In this document: in pieces, positions 1 to 10,049 of the stretch
Layout of the letters: every line of letters starts with the position of its first letter
How positions within the stretch are numbered: the first letter of the stretch is position 1
Made by a program: the position numbers and the translations under genes
Notes under the pieces: model-generated
What the model was told of the DNA's origin: nothing
Databases searched by the model: none
Seen by the model: only the letters and a program-made list of their open reading frames with translations
Assembly (NCBI GenBank): GCA_000320545.1
Contig: ADNK01000834.1
Location: 1-38,713, forward strand
Direction: 5' to 3'
DNA length: 38,713 nt
Source: Bigelowiella natans CCMP2755
Lineage: Eukaryota > Protista > Cercozoa

Positions 1-238
1 TTTTTTTTCTTTTACTCTCTCACCTCCCGGAGGGGAGGAGGGGGGGGGGGGGCGCCCCCCCATAATTATATTTTTTTATCTCTACTCCTCTTGAAAGCAC
101 TCCTTACTTACGATCGCCGCGCGCGCGGGGGGCGAGCCCCCCCCCCCCCCCCGTGTTTTTTTTTTTTTTACCGCCCGAGCGCGCAAATCCCCCTCTCTCG
201 CACACCCACACAAAAAATTTCTTTGAGAACCCCCCCCG

Positions 239-275
<37 letters not shown>

Positions 276-318
276 CTACTTCTCCCCCCCCCCCCTATCT
301 CTCTTCATTTCTTTCCAC

Positions 319-765
319 CTGCGGTAGTGATCTCGGCACGTTCTTGCTCTCACCATAGAATAGAGAGGACCGCCTGGTGGGTGGGGACAACGCACGAACG
401 GGTGAGTGATGATATGATAGTGCTGCATAGTCAGGGATATCAAAGCACATCGTCGCTGGAGCCCCCCTCCCATCCTCCTCTCCTCCCTAGTGAAGTGAAT
501 ACTAATAGACACAGGGGGCGGCATGAGCATGACGACCGTATGACGTGTATCCACTTGAAGAGCTCCTCCAAGGTCTCTGGCGCGAAGGTGTACACCTGGG
601 AGATCAGATTAGTCGTCAAGATGAGGATGAGGATGAGGACGATGATGATGAAGAGGAGGAGGGAGGAGGAGAGATAGGAGGATATTATTCTGCAACGCTC
701 TCGTATCGGTGATGAACATGCGGGTAGGCACTGATGTTCGTTATCATTGTTATCACCGCTACTAT

Positions 766-799
<34 letters not shown>

Positions 800-1807
800 A
801 CAACGCACCCTTCCTCCAGAGCTAATGTTGAATCTATATCTTTCGCATGGCGGGGCCTTATTGTTCCGGCCACCTGAATGATGCGTTGGTGATGAGCGGA
901 GAGTTGTGACGACAACGACGACGAGCTCTGGCCAACACGCCAACATTCCCTTCAACACTCATAGAAATTACGCTACAGGATGGGGTCATCCTCCTCCTCC
1001 TCCTCAGTATCATCGTAAATGGCCTTCTTCTCCTACTACCACTACTACAACGTACCGCCGAGTTCCCGATCTGGGATTGTAACCGTAGCCTAGCGGAGGA
1101 AGGAGGAGGAGGAGCAGGAAGAAGAAGAAGAAGATGATGATGATGACACAAACAACAAGGAAGACACAATATGTAAGGGACCTGCGCAAGCTCGATAGTG
1201 CCAGTGGGTAGCGACTGACTCGACTCCTTGAAATACCTAGCATACCCAGCAGCAGGGCAACAGGACGGTGACGTCAAGGAGGAGGAGGAGGAGGAGGAGG
1301 AGGAGGAGGAGGAGGAGGGGGAGGGGAAACAACGCTATTATTATTATTATTAGAATTATGATTCTGACATGAGCTTGTTCCTGTAGGCCACACAGTATCG
1401 TTTCTGCCATCTACCGGCGTCATTACACTTCATTAGCCAACCGAGCATCTGCGGCGAGTACAAACATAGATCAAGTTCGGATGTTAAGGGAAGGGTGGCG
1501 AGGGGGGGGAGGTTTCTGCGTCGATAAGTAGACAACCGTTATTTGATCAGCCTATTCCACGATTCAAGAATACGGATAGCGAAGGGCAGGGGGGGGGGGG
1601 GGGGGGGCTTGCTGGTGGTGAGCTTACCGCTTGCTCCGGCATCAGAACTTTCCCCGCCTCATTTTCAAATTGTTTGGCCACGTACTTGGTCTCGATCCAG
1701 TACTTCCTCACTAGCGGGTTTGGACACTCCCGAGGTGTCATAAAGTAGGCCGGGACCTGTGGAATGGCGGTAGTAGCATCAGCAATATTCATCCACACAC
1801 ACGCACA

Positions 1808-1839
<32 letters not shown>

Positions 1840-2636
1840 TGCGCATACGTATCTGTGGGTTATTATTCATCATGTGAAGTCACAGCTGATTTCGCCTGAA
1901 TGGCCGATTACGTGTTTTTCAAACTTCTTCCGAGCGAGCTTATTGCCCTTTATCCGGAACTCCGTGAACAGCTGAGGAGGAGGAGGAGAAGGAGGAGGAG
2001 GCCAACCAGCCAATAAAAGGCCGTCGTAAACAACACGGAAATGCGATAATAATCCAGGTGTTCCTTCCTCTGAACTACCACCCTTCTCACTGTTGCTGCT
2101 ACTCCCACAAATGCTGCTAATCGATGATCATCACCACAACCACCTTTTCGTCCCAGCAGCCCACATCAAGCTCCGTTGAGCGAACTTGGGAGTACCTGTA
2201 ACATGCAGCAGAACGAGTGTGGTGTTGCCACGTGAGGTCACGACTAGGGGGTTGGGCGGGAAGCAAGATGATGAAATTGAAGGGGAAAAGGGCCTTACTC
2301 GACTCCTATGTGGCGATGTGCTCCCGCACATTGGACGCAGACGAAGAACCCATGATTGATAACCGCCCAGCTTTCAGAGTAAATACAGAAGCATGTCAGA
2401 GTGCTATTTTCAAGGGGTGGACAATTCTAATTGGTTATTATGCAACGTCTGCCCCTTTTCCTCTTCCCAAACCGCTTATCTACCGCACCATCACGTGCTT
2501 CGATGGCAGCCTTCCCAACCGCTCTCCCTTTGCTCACAGCAACGCACCTGACGTCCTCTGAGTCACAATCGGTACATTTTGCGTTGCCCTCCAAGTTCTG
2601 TAGCTCTTTGATCTTCGCCAACACCTTCGAGGTCAT
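319..2636 (-). CDS. ArfGAP with PH domain (ADAP/centaurin-alpha-like), multi-exon, 3' end probably continues past the left edge
   Basis: Spliced exons read MTSKVLAKIKELQNLEGNAKCTDCDSEDV|SWAVINHGFFVCVQCAGAHRHIGVE|YSQVRSTELDVGCWDEK|LFTEFRIKGNKLARKKFEKH|VPAYFMTPRECPNPLVRKYWIETKYVAKQF. This has the ArfGAP CxxC-x16-CxxC zinc finger, the catalytic Arg in HR, GN, and the WIxxKY motif. PH-domain pieces follow: MLGWLMKCNDAGRWQKRYCVAY (~1370-1450), YFKESSQSLPTGTIEL (~1180-1240) and VYTFAPETLEELFKWIHVIR (~537-595). Confidence 0.88.
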
Positions 2637-4420
2637 CTAATCCTCTGGAAGAAGTTGAAATACAGGGGGCAAACGACGAGAATTTCAACCCATCCGTGAG
2701 AAACAAAGAAGATGAAGAAGATGATGTTGATTATGATGATGATGGCAAATCCATCTTGGATTCTAAGAGCTCGATTACGAGATAACAAAAAATAAGAAGA
2801 AAGGGTGGAAAATATCTACTTCCCCGACCGCATTCCCTTCATGGCAAGAAAGATACAGAGGAATGTCTTCGATGTTTTGTGCAGGAAATTATATGCTAAT
2901 ACCTCCTCGTTCAACCAAACGAGCGCAATCCGGGCCAATGACCACTAGAGAGGATAATGACCCGTTCTGGGGTTGTCGATCCGTTTTCGTCCCTCTCCCA
3001 CTCGTGCCAAACTGGTAAGGTGGAGGGGGGGGGACAGCTAGTGCACTGCTGGAAGAATGAGCCCCTGAAATACTGCGACAACAAATATGCATTGTCGCAA
3101 TTATTAAGAGAAACGCATTGGATCCAACCAGGCGCCGGGATTCAGAATAGAACCGGGGTAAAGGAGAATATAGGAGAAATATAGGAGAATATCTAATTAC
3201 ATCTTCATTTCACAAACCCTAAAAGGCAGCAAAACTCATTGCTGTTTCCACCCAAACACCGTTGACGGAGATATGTCGCGCCGATGACGATTTTTATTTG
3301 TTCCGAAGACCTTCTGTAGTCATCGCGTTTCATCTCTACGACAAAATTGGACGCATGACGCTTGCGAGCAAAATACAAGGCTATTTTCGGGTTCGAGGAC
3401 GCATCGAAGAAACGTGGGCTCCACCAAAGAAAACGTCCGAAACTGCCAGAGAGAAGCGGTGGTGCAGAGGGTTTTTAGTCATAAATTTACACCAGGTTTG
3501 ACTTGATGGCGATAGTCGAGTTTTAATATGTGAGTGCAGTTACGGAAGAAGGAGCGGACAGTTTATGCAACCCTGAGTGGATTATTTACCGATAATATTT
3601 TAGCTCGTAGCTCCACGTCGCTGTGCTGATGTCAGTCTCATCCTTACCGGTAAATGATTACAAAATTTAGGATGTTTTTGCTTGTCTTTTTATAAAATAG
3701 GCATGAAAATGAATAAATTCCAAAAATTGGAGAAAGCTTAGATCTTACATATCTGGGAACTCTTCCTACCATGGGTACCTTATGTGCCTAGCCATTGTAG
3801 TGGCTTCGTTTGCCCGTGGGGCTAGAAATCAAACTCATAAAGCAGTAACAGTTTCGTTCATATACACGTGTTTCTGTATGCGCAAGCTTGTTATGATGAT
3901 GTGTGCTAGACAGACAATAGTTGAACACGTTACTAGGTTTTGAGGTGTGATTTTCTACATAGCCGACGATAGCTTGTCAGCGAGTGAGCTCAGGAAGAGA
4001 AATAACGTTGGAGAGTCCTTCAGCGCCAAAACTGACTACTCAGTCCCTATCATAGTTGTCATAGCCGTTATTGCAGGTCATTCTCACAGAAATAACATTT
4101 TTGCAATGAGATGTGTTGGTGCTGCTAAGTCATGCGAACATGAGACGAAAGCTATACTCAAACTACTTCTTCAACCATCATTAGTGTGCGGATTCATGGC
4201 TTTCTTCATGCACAAAGAACATAGCGATCTATAGTTCACTCATCATTGGTAAAATACCATTTCCCCGATCGGATTTCTCAATGTTATTAGCGCAAAATTT
4301 GAGTACAGGTAGGTGCTAAAACCTAGTGTGGCGGCATAGTCATGCACATACAAGTTGCGATAAGCACCATTGAATTAATTTATTGGTTATCACGCTCATC
4401 ATATGTCAATGCACATGACA

Positions 4421-4461
<41 letters not shown>

Positions 4462-4602
4462 GTCATAGATGTGTACACATGTGCGTAATGATGACTGTAT
4501 TAATCAGCACTCGCATCTCTCCATGCTATGCTAGCAGATTACGCTTGCATAGCATCATTCCTGTGACACAGGCTGTATCGTATGCACATCTAGGTGTACA
4601 TG

Positions 4603-4603
<1 letters not shown>

Positions 4604-4641
<38 letters not shown>

Positions 4642-4654
4642 GTGTGTGTGCGTG
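4604..4654. repeat. (TG)n microsatellite upstream of the LINE
   Basis: Direct reading. A (TA)n tract lies just upstream at ~4421-4461. Confidence 0.95.
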
Positions 4655-4882
4655 TTCATGGTGCAGTGCGAATCCAGTCAGCCTGCACCACGCCATTGTT
4701 ACATGGTGCCGATGCATTCATCACCTCATGTTGAACATCGCATTAGGTGCGCGCAGTGCACGTGTGTCGCTCATACTAATCGTTCATCGCTCACGCAGCA
4801 ATGCACATTGTTTCATCATTGCATACATAACATACTTCAAACGGACTCATGGCCGCGCACAAGTGAAATATTGCCCACCGTG

Positions 4883-5659
4883 ATGATCACGCGCAGCGCG
4901 CGTGGCAACAACAAGCACCAGACACCCAAAAAGGGAAGAAAGCACAAAAAGAACCAACACGCAACGTTGGATCTCGATTCAGAATGCAATGATGACGACT
5001 GTGGCTCTGATAGGAAAAGTCATGATCTGTCTCAATGCCTTCGCGAAGTTACTTCAACACTGTCTGCAACAATGGAACGCAAAGAAACTCCTCAGTGGAA
5101 CACAATGAAAAAATTGTGTGAAATGCTGACCACAATGGTCCAGTTAGTTGATGAGAAACAACAACAATTGCAGCAAGATCAAAAAGACATGCAGGAGGAA
5201 AACGCTGGGCTTAAAAACAAATTACTGAAACTTGAAGAAGAACTGACTTATATCAAGGAACATCAGAAGAATGGCACAATGGAAGCTCAACCCTCCTCGA
5301 TGCAACGGACCTCGAGAACTTACGCTAGTGTCACAACCTCATCACGCGCTGATGAACCTCATGGTCGAGATAAATATCCTGAAGCAGAAGTACAAAGACT
5401 AGCTGAGCGAAAGAATAGCCAGAGTTGGCAAGTTCCAAAAAGTCACGCCAGGAATCAAAGGAAATACAACCGGAAGTATAAACAGAACGTGCTCATATTG
5501 GAACTTGACAAAAAAGCCATGCTGCAAGCGGGGGGCGCCATTATGGCCTCCGGCGACCCATGTCGCACTGTTCTCACTGGCAAAAAAAACATGCCAACGA
5601 ACCAACAAGTGAGGAAACAAACACAGCAGATCCGAGGGATGAAAACCGCGACACACTGA
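4883..5659 (+). CDS. LINE ORF1, N-terminal part (basic N-terminus, coiled coil)
   Basis: The likely start is MITRSARG at 4883, because the ORF-track extension to 4604 reads through a TG microsatellite. It has a basic patch KKGRKHKK, a heptad coiled coil (LVDEKQQQLQQDQKDMQEENAGLKNKLLKLEEEL) and a TYASV motif typical of ORF1 proteins. Confidence 0.72.
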   Translation: MITRSARGNNKHQTPKKGRKHKKNQHATLDLDSECNDDDCGSDRKSHDLSQCLREVTSTLSATMERKETPQWNTMKKLCEMLTTMVQLVDEKQQQLQQDQKDMQEENAGLKNKLLKLEEELTYIKEHQKNGTMEAQPSSMQRTSRTYASVTTSSRADEPHGRDKYPEAEVQRLAERKNSQSWQVPKSHARNQRKYNRKYKQNVLILELDKKAMLQAGGAIMASGDPCRTVLTGKKNMPTNQQVRKQTQQIRGMKTATH

Positions 5660-6312
5660 CAGAAGTTAACACCGAGGAAGAAGAGACTAAATGCCTAGCC
5701 GGAAAGAACGTAGAGGATTTGAACCCATCCAGTGAAAAAAAAGATGTTCCAGATATTGGGAAAAACCTGTCCAAAATAACTCCAAAGTTGATCGATGCAC
5801 TAGGATTGAACGAATTCCAAATGCACGTAGCTTTCCAAGCGAAATATGGGAAGGACTTTCAAGGAATCCAATTCAAATCTAGGAATAAAACCCACCTAAA
5901 AGTGTTCTTCAAAGGCTCCAGAGAATCTAAGATGGATGCTTACCTGGATCTGCTTAACACCGAACATCAGTTAGGACAAGGATCATTCCTTCCCTCACTC
6001 TTTGGATTAGTGACCACAGTCAGAGCAGCTAAGTCAAGGCCAAGTAAGCACTCTGTAGTTCTGAGAGGCCCAAGGCTGGGACCTAACGAGCAGGAAAAAT
6101 CAACACGAATTGGAATCATCAAGCAGATAATCGAAACCAACATCGATGTAAAAGTCGCAGCAATAGAACCTCTCGGCAAGGGCCCTCTACTTCAGCTGTT
6201 TGTGCACTCGCATGAAGAGGCCACCAAACTGCTGAATTCACAAATCACATATCAGGGCAGCTACCTACGATTCAGGGCATATGAAAACAGAAGGACACGT
6301 AAATATGGTTAA
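5560..6312 (+). CDS. LINE ORF1, C-terminal part (RRM-like), in the -1 frame relative to the N-terminal part
   Basis: This frame is open from 5482. The C-terminus HSVVLRGP...VAAIEPLGKGPLLQLFVHSHEEATKLLNSQITYQGSYLRFRAY has the RRM-like pattern of LINE ORF1 proteins. It lies directly upstream of ORF2. Confidence 0.72.
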   Translation: MSHCSHWQKKHANEPTSEETNTADPRDENRDTLTEVNTEEEETKCLAGKNVEDLNPSSEKKDVPDIGKNLSKITPKLIDALGLNEFQMHVAFQAKYGKDFQGIQFKSRNKTHLKVFFKGSRESKMDAYLDLLNTEHQLGQGSFLPSLFGLVTTVRAAKSRPSKHSVVLRGPRLGPNEQEKSTRIGIIKQIIETNIDVKVAAIEPLGKGPLLQLFVHSHEEATKLLNSQITYQGSYLRFRAYENRRTRKYG

Positions 6313-9300
6313 TCATTTGAATCTCCCCTACTACTACCAAAACATACGCAGTAAAAACGGAACTGAACAAGGCAGGCAAAGAATAAATAGAAGATATAAT
6401 ATGTTAACAGAAATGATAACCACCAACAACATCGAACTCGCCTGGTTTGGGGAAGGCCGCCTCAAAGAATCGGAGAGGCTGCATCCTCCAGCGGGATACG
6501 AAGTGATTCGGACGAGCGGCTCCTCTGGGAGCTTTGGATTAAGAAAAAAGAACACAGATATAATTCATATACCTATAGATGATAACAATTACGATATTAG
6601 TTTTTTCATACACAGCATTGAAAAATATGCTGTCATAATGGTGTACCTCCAGCCACACCAAAACATCTCACATCTGAAAGAGAGATTAGATTTCATAATG
6701 AACATCATTCGGAAACAGAAATGGAAAAAATACATCATCGTGGGGGACACTAATGCTAAACACTCCACCTACGATGTCCGAAACCAAGAAGATAGACGTG
6801 GCAGATACCTACACCAGTGGTTGTCGGATAACAACATCATGATGGTCAACCCTGGGGAAGCCACATATTTCAGAAAAGGAAACACAAGCACACTTGATCA
6901 TGTGCTGTGCTCCTCAAACTTCGCACACCAAATAGAATATCAGATGGCCAACACCACGACAAGTGACCATTTCGGTATCCACTTTGGAAAACCTGTGGCA
7001 ATCCATCAACAGACTTCACCAATGATATATGACATCGACAAATTCGATGTAAAACGATTTGACGAAAAATTGAATAATATTACCGAACGCTTGCACCAGC
7101 GCATACTAAACGTTCAATCGGAGGCTGATGCAAAAAAGCTTGAACGCTGGTTCTGGGACTTTACCGGAAAAGCTTTTAATAGCTGCACACCAAAAAAACG
7201 ACAACGTTGGAGTCCAATCAAGCCATACCAAAACGACAAAAAATATAAATCCATCAAAGATCAACAAGAAAAATTATTTAGATCCTTGAAACACGAAAGG
7301 AAATTTCGGAAGAGAAAATTATTAGAAACCAAGATCCAAGAAATCAACGCCGAACTTGAACGAACCACCGAAACCCTTCAGTACGAAGCATGGCAATTAT
7401 TCTTGTCTCGCTTCGAAAAATACAACAATGGGAATCATACCAGAATGCTGTACAAATTATTCCAAAAATCCAGAGGGCGGGATAAATTCGGAGGACTCGA
7501 TGGCGAAACCTCTGAAGAAAAAAAATGTGAAGTGTGTGTTGCCAAATGGAAACATATCTACAAACCACACCCGTCAGACAAGAAAAATCGAACCTTTCAC
7601 GCTGAAACTGAGGCCTGGAGAAATACCTTCAGGAAAAATGAAGACAAAAAGATCCACAGTGTTAATTCATACAACAGAGATTTTTCTATGCATGAACTAA
7701 GAAACGTGATCAACAAAGCATCACCGTACAAGTCTCCTGGCGATGATGGTGTTCACCTAAACATGTTGAAAAAAAGCAAGAAACTCCATCAACTGTGGTT
7801 AGCTACATTCAACATGTCATATAGATGGGGTACCCGAGATGGCTCACGTAAGGCGGCCATTTTTTGTCTCATCCCTAAGGCCAACAAAGAACTTAACACC
7901 CCTCTCAACGGGAGAACGATTTCTCTCCTACAAATAGCTTCAAAAATAGAAGACAAACTAATAGAACAACGGCTCCGCGAAGCTATACCCCCCAAAAACA
8001 TTAGCATACATCAGTATGCATTCATGAAAAATCGATCCTGCGAAACTGCACTCACAAAGATGACGCAGTCAATCGAGGATGGAGTATATAACAAAAAGCT
8101 TGCAGCCATCCTGTTGTTTACAGATGCCTCTAAAGCTTATCCAAAAGCCTGGCATTCCGGCATGATACGCAAGTTACATGACAAATACGGAATACGAGGC
8201 TCGCTATTGCTGTGGATCGACGACTGGCTCAGAGATCGTACCGTCAGATTCAGATTTGGCAATACTCTCTCTGAGCACATGAACCTTGGGAGCGGCGTCC
8301 CCGAAGGATCATCTCTCAGCTGTTTCCTTTTCATAACCTATTACGACATTTACGAACATATTACCAACACAGATTTCCAAATATACTGTGACGACGTTAC
8401 CCCCTACAAATTGTTTTCGCCAAACCGATGGGGGAAAATGCAAGATGATATCCAGGCCGACCTAAACCAAATGACGGACTGGTGCATGAAATGGCGGATG
8501 CGATTCAATGGGGACAAGAGCGGGTACCTTATAATTGACAAAAGAAATAAAGCCCACCGACACCAAACCTCCTGGAACATCTCTCTCAATCTCCAAGGAA
8601 AAATAAAAAGAGTCGACAGCGGCAGATGTCTCGGACTAATCTTCGACAACAAATTAACCTTTGAAAAACATGCTCTTGCTTCTCACCTGAGATTGCAAAA
8701 GAAGCGAAGGTTTTTGTTAAGGTTGTGTTATTCCAGACACCTTGTACCGCTAAACGTCAGACTGAAATTTTACAAATCATGGTTCCTTGCATCCAGCAGA
8801 TACGCTGCTCCAATATGGAGATCACGAAGAAACATGCGAATGAAACAGATGGATTCCATGGAATCCCAAACCCTGAAACGTGTGTTGGGATTACCTGGAT
8901 CCATCTCCAACGACGTCCCCCACGTCCTCACTGGCACGTTGCCACCCCGACATCAAACTGAAGTGCAGTGTGCTAAATCATGGTTACGCACTAACGCATG
9001 GATCGACACAGGCAGCGGTCCTCAAATCCATGAGGGAATAAATGATTGGAGCAGTCATGGCTTCATCATTGAAAATCGAAAAATGTTGGATGGCACATCG
9101 TGGATTGATGTGCCCACACACACGTGGAACAAAGCATCCTTGTTTCGACGGCTCAAATCGATCACTGACGACTTGTTAGGTGACGAATTGCCCACCGTTT
9201 TGGCGACAACAGAGGCTCTGAAAAAAGAACTGAAAAAACATCACAAGGTGATGAAATCTTGTGCTTTCAACGAATTCGAAGAGGAATGGTCCAATGATTC

Positions 9301-9775
9301 ATTGCGCGCTGTGCATCTCAAGAATCTTGGTTTCCTCCCGTCATCTTCGATCACCGGCATCAAACTGAAACTTCCAAGTGTTGCTACATCATGGATGCGC
9401 GCCATCTGTGGTGTCGGCAATCTTGGCAAATTCATGCTGTCACGTGGACAATGCACAGAGGAAGATGCCACGTGCGATGCATGTGGCATCCTGAAGGACA
9501 TGGATCATCTCCTGCAATGTCCAACACATGGTCGAGAACAAATCAGATTGCGCAATCAAATGCGCGCGATCATGAATCGCAACGACGACACGAACCGGTT
9601 GACAAAGGCTGAAATTGAATCCAGAACTGCTGCGCGCAGTGCGCGGCAACATCGGTCGCATGAGGACGCTTTCAAATGCATGAAACACATTGTGGCAGAA
9701 ACCAACAGATGCAACATTAGCGCTGTAGCCGCTGCATTGCACAGCTACATCAGGATGACCATTGAAAAAATTTGA
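6305..9775 (+). CDS. LINE ORF2: AP-like endonuclease + reverse transcriptase + C-terminal CCHC motif
   Basis: APE motifs: YQNIR, GE, VYLQP, GDTNAKH, TY, LDHVL, SDH. RT motifs: KSPGDDGV, LIPK, RTISLL, DASKAY, GVPEGS, YCDD, LGLIFDNKLTF. Zinc motif CDAC-x7-H-x3-C. ATG 6305 is preferred over 6281 because it sits just before the first APE strand. Confidence 0.96.
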   Translation: MVNHLNLPYYYQNIRSKNGTEQGRQRINRRYNMLTEMITTNNIELAWFGEGRLKESERLHPPAGYEVIRTSGSSGSFGLRKKNTDIIHIPIDDNNYDISFFIHSIEKYAVIMVYLQPHQNISHLKERLDFIMNIIRKQKWKKYIIVGDTNAKHSTYDVRNQEDRRGRYLHQWLSDNNIMMVNPGEATYFRKGNTSTLDHVLCSSNFAHQIEYQMANTTTSDHFGIHFGKPVAIHQQTSPMIYDIDKFDVKRFDEKLNNITERLHQRILNVQSEADAKKLERWFWDFTGKAFNSCTPKKRQRWSPIKPYQNDKKYKSIKDQQEKLFRSLKHERKFRKRKLLETKIQEINAELERTTETLQYEAWQLFLSRFEKYNNGNHTRMLYKLFQKSRGRDKFGGLDGETSEEKKCEVCVAKWKHIYKPHPSDKKNRTFHAETEAWRNTFRKNEDKKIHSVNSYNRDFSMHELRNVINKASPYKSPGDDGVHLNMLKKSKKLHQLWLATFNMSYRWGTRDGSRKAAIFCLIPKANKELNTPLNGRTISLLQIASKIEDKLIEQRLREAIPPKNISIHQYAFMKNRSCETALTKMTQSIEDGVYNKKLAAILLFTDASKAYPKAWHSGMIRKLHDKYGIRGSLLLWIDDWLRDRTVRFRFGNTLSEHMNLGSGVPEGSSLSCFLFITYYDIYEHITNTDFQIYCDDVTPYKLFSPNRWGKMQDDIQADLNQMTDWCMKWRMRFNGDKSGYLIIDKRNKAHRHQTSWNISLNLQGKIKRVDSGRCLGLIFDNKLTFEKHALASHLRLQKKRRFLLRLCYSRHLVPLNVRLKFYKSWFLASSRYAAPIWRSRRNMRMKQMDSMESQTLKRVLGLPGSISNDVPHVLTGTLPPRHQTEVQCAKSWLRTNAWIDTGSGPQIHEGINDWSSHGFIIENRKMLDGTSWIDVPTHTWNKASLFRRLKSITDDLLGDELPTVLATTEALKKELKKHHKVMKSCAFNEFEEEWSNDSLRAVHLKNLGFLPSSSITGIKLKLPSVATSWMRAICGVGNLGKFMLSRGQCTEEDATCDACGILKDMDHLLQCPTHGREQIRLRNQMRAIMNRNDDTNRLTKAEIESRTAARSARQHRSHEDAFKCMKHIVAETNRCNISAVAAALHSYIRMTIEKI

Positions 9776-10049
9776 TTCTTCATCACATCCGTCTCACATA
9801 ATAATACACGTTAGAATACAGAGGCACATTATCCTTATGTGCTACATGGATAACATATAGCAGGCCGGTCTCGTAAGATAGTGCTATGATACAGCTATAC
9901 GTGTCAGCATACACCAACAGGCTTGTTCTGACTGGTGTGACGCTCGTTCATTCCGTACTCTTTTGTATTTCTTTTACTGGTCCGTTGGAATTGGTAAGTT
10001 GTATAACAACATTGCCAAGCCAATGATCGATATTTCCTCCTTTAAAGAA

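Larger units (their letters stand above)
4655..9806 (+). mobile_element. Non-LTR retrotransposon (LINE; APE-RT-CCHC type, no RNase H seen), near full length
   Basis: Intronless A-rich block of about 5 kb carrying ORF1 (two overlapping frames) and a long APE+RT ORF2. A short possible (TAA)n tail ATAATAATA lies at 9798-9806. The 5' boundary is uncertain (between the TG microsatellite and ATG 4883). No target-site duplication was found by eye. Confidence 0.9.

Noticed and set aside
1-300. Poly-G/C/T runs and ORF 91-327
   Set aside because: Looks like low-quality or low-complexity sequence (possibly a contig end) within an intron; no coding signal.
3925-3932. ACACGTTA matching the sequence just after the LINE tail (~9806) as a target-site duplication
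   Set aside because: Only 8 bp, about 950 bp upstream of ORF1 and separated from it by host-like microsatellites; likely chance.
2840-4234. Possible + strand gene; LVHCWKNEPLKYCDNKYALSQLLRETHWIQP faintly resembles tubulin-tyrosine-ligase-like proteins
   Set aside because: I could not assemble consistent exons or find the other family motifs, so it is not listed as a feature. It is used only tentatively in the strand-alternation finding.
4604-4882. N-terminal extension of ORF1 (MCVCVCV...)
   Set aside because: Translation of a TG microsatellite and RY-rich flank; MITRS at 4883 is the more plausible start.
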